A stretch of DNA of 63,379 nt, counting the filler, from Octopus bimaculoides (taxonomy: Eukaryota): assembly GCF_001194135.2 (NCBI RefSeq). It is 10 parts of 10 records of this genome, joined end to end, with 100 filler letters (N's around TTAATTAATTAA, not from the genome) between each part and the next. Parts side by side here need not be neighbours in the genome. Positions count along the whole stretch, not along the records: positions 60,826 to 63,379 come from NC_068981.1; 9 more parts are not named here. One strand, given 5' to 3'. Under the pieces are notes generated by a model, which searched no databases, was not told the DNA's origin, and worked only from the letters and a program-made list of their open reading frames with translations. Each line of letters opens with the position of its first letter. Positions within the stretch are counted from its first letter, which is position 1. Below, in pieces: positions 63,234 to 63,379 of this stretch. The position numbers were made by a program, and so were the translations under genes.

Positions 63234-63343
63234 TACCTGATGTGACACAGCTTTCACAGATTGAGGCCAAAAAATTAGATTCACAGTATCCTACACATAA
63301 CGGGAAGTCGCAGAAGGGGCGAAAAGATGGTCGTGTTGAATAA
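63234..63343 (+). CDS. Candidate terminal exon B
   Basis: Acceptor CTCCTTATGCAAG|, phase 1. Encodes (V)PDVTQLSQIEAKKLDSQYPTHNGKSQKGRKDGRVE*, and AATAAA overlaps the stop. Confidence 0.3.
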
Positions 63344-63379
63344 AGATTAATAGCATATATAAATATATACATACATATA

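Overview
AT-rich, microsatellite-dense animal genomic DNA from a gappy draft scaffold. It is most likely an octopus, inferred from the SINE/LINE repertoire and not checked by search. Nine gaps are 100-bp artificial linkers (44 N + TTAATTAATTAA + 44 N), so adjacency across them is unproven. Almost all ORFs in the supplied track are microsatellite or N-gap artefacts; the real genes are short spliced exons the track largely misses. (1) Four in-phase minus-strand exons at 28.3-32.7 kb encode S1-S4 of a TRPA1 channel. (2) A minus-strand exon of 1.7 kb or more encodes 8-aa PSTEQSTT/PSTGETTT mucin repeats and splices in phase to a WSC-domain exon at 42.5-42.6 kb. (3) Two minus-strand exons at 46.3-47.5 kb encode two TM helices with an MS4A/CD20-like pattern, possibly the membrane anchor of that mucin-WSC protein. 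(4) At least three in-phase plus-strand exons at 57.7-60.1 kb belong to an unidentified protein. Mobile DNA includes several tRNA-derived SINE families, R4/Dong-type LINE fragments that sit in (TAA)n or (ACAT)n microsatellites, RTE, CR1-like and Penelope-like remnants, Tc1/mariner and pogo remnants, and MITE-like foldbacks. A 1.9-kb ORF1-only retroelement with a 13-bp TSD is inserted inside a SINE. Translations were done by hand and repeat boundaries are approximate.
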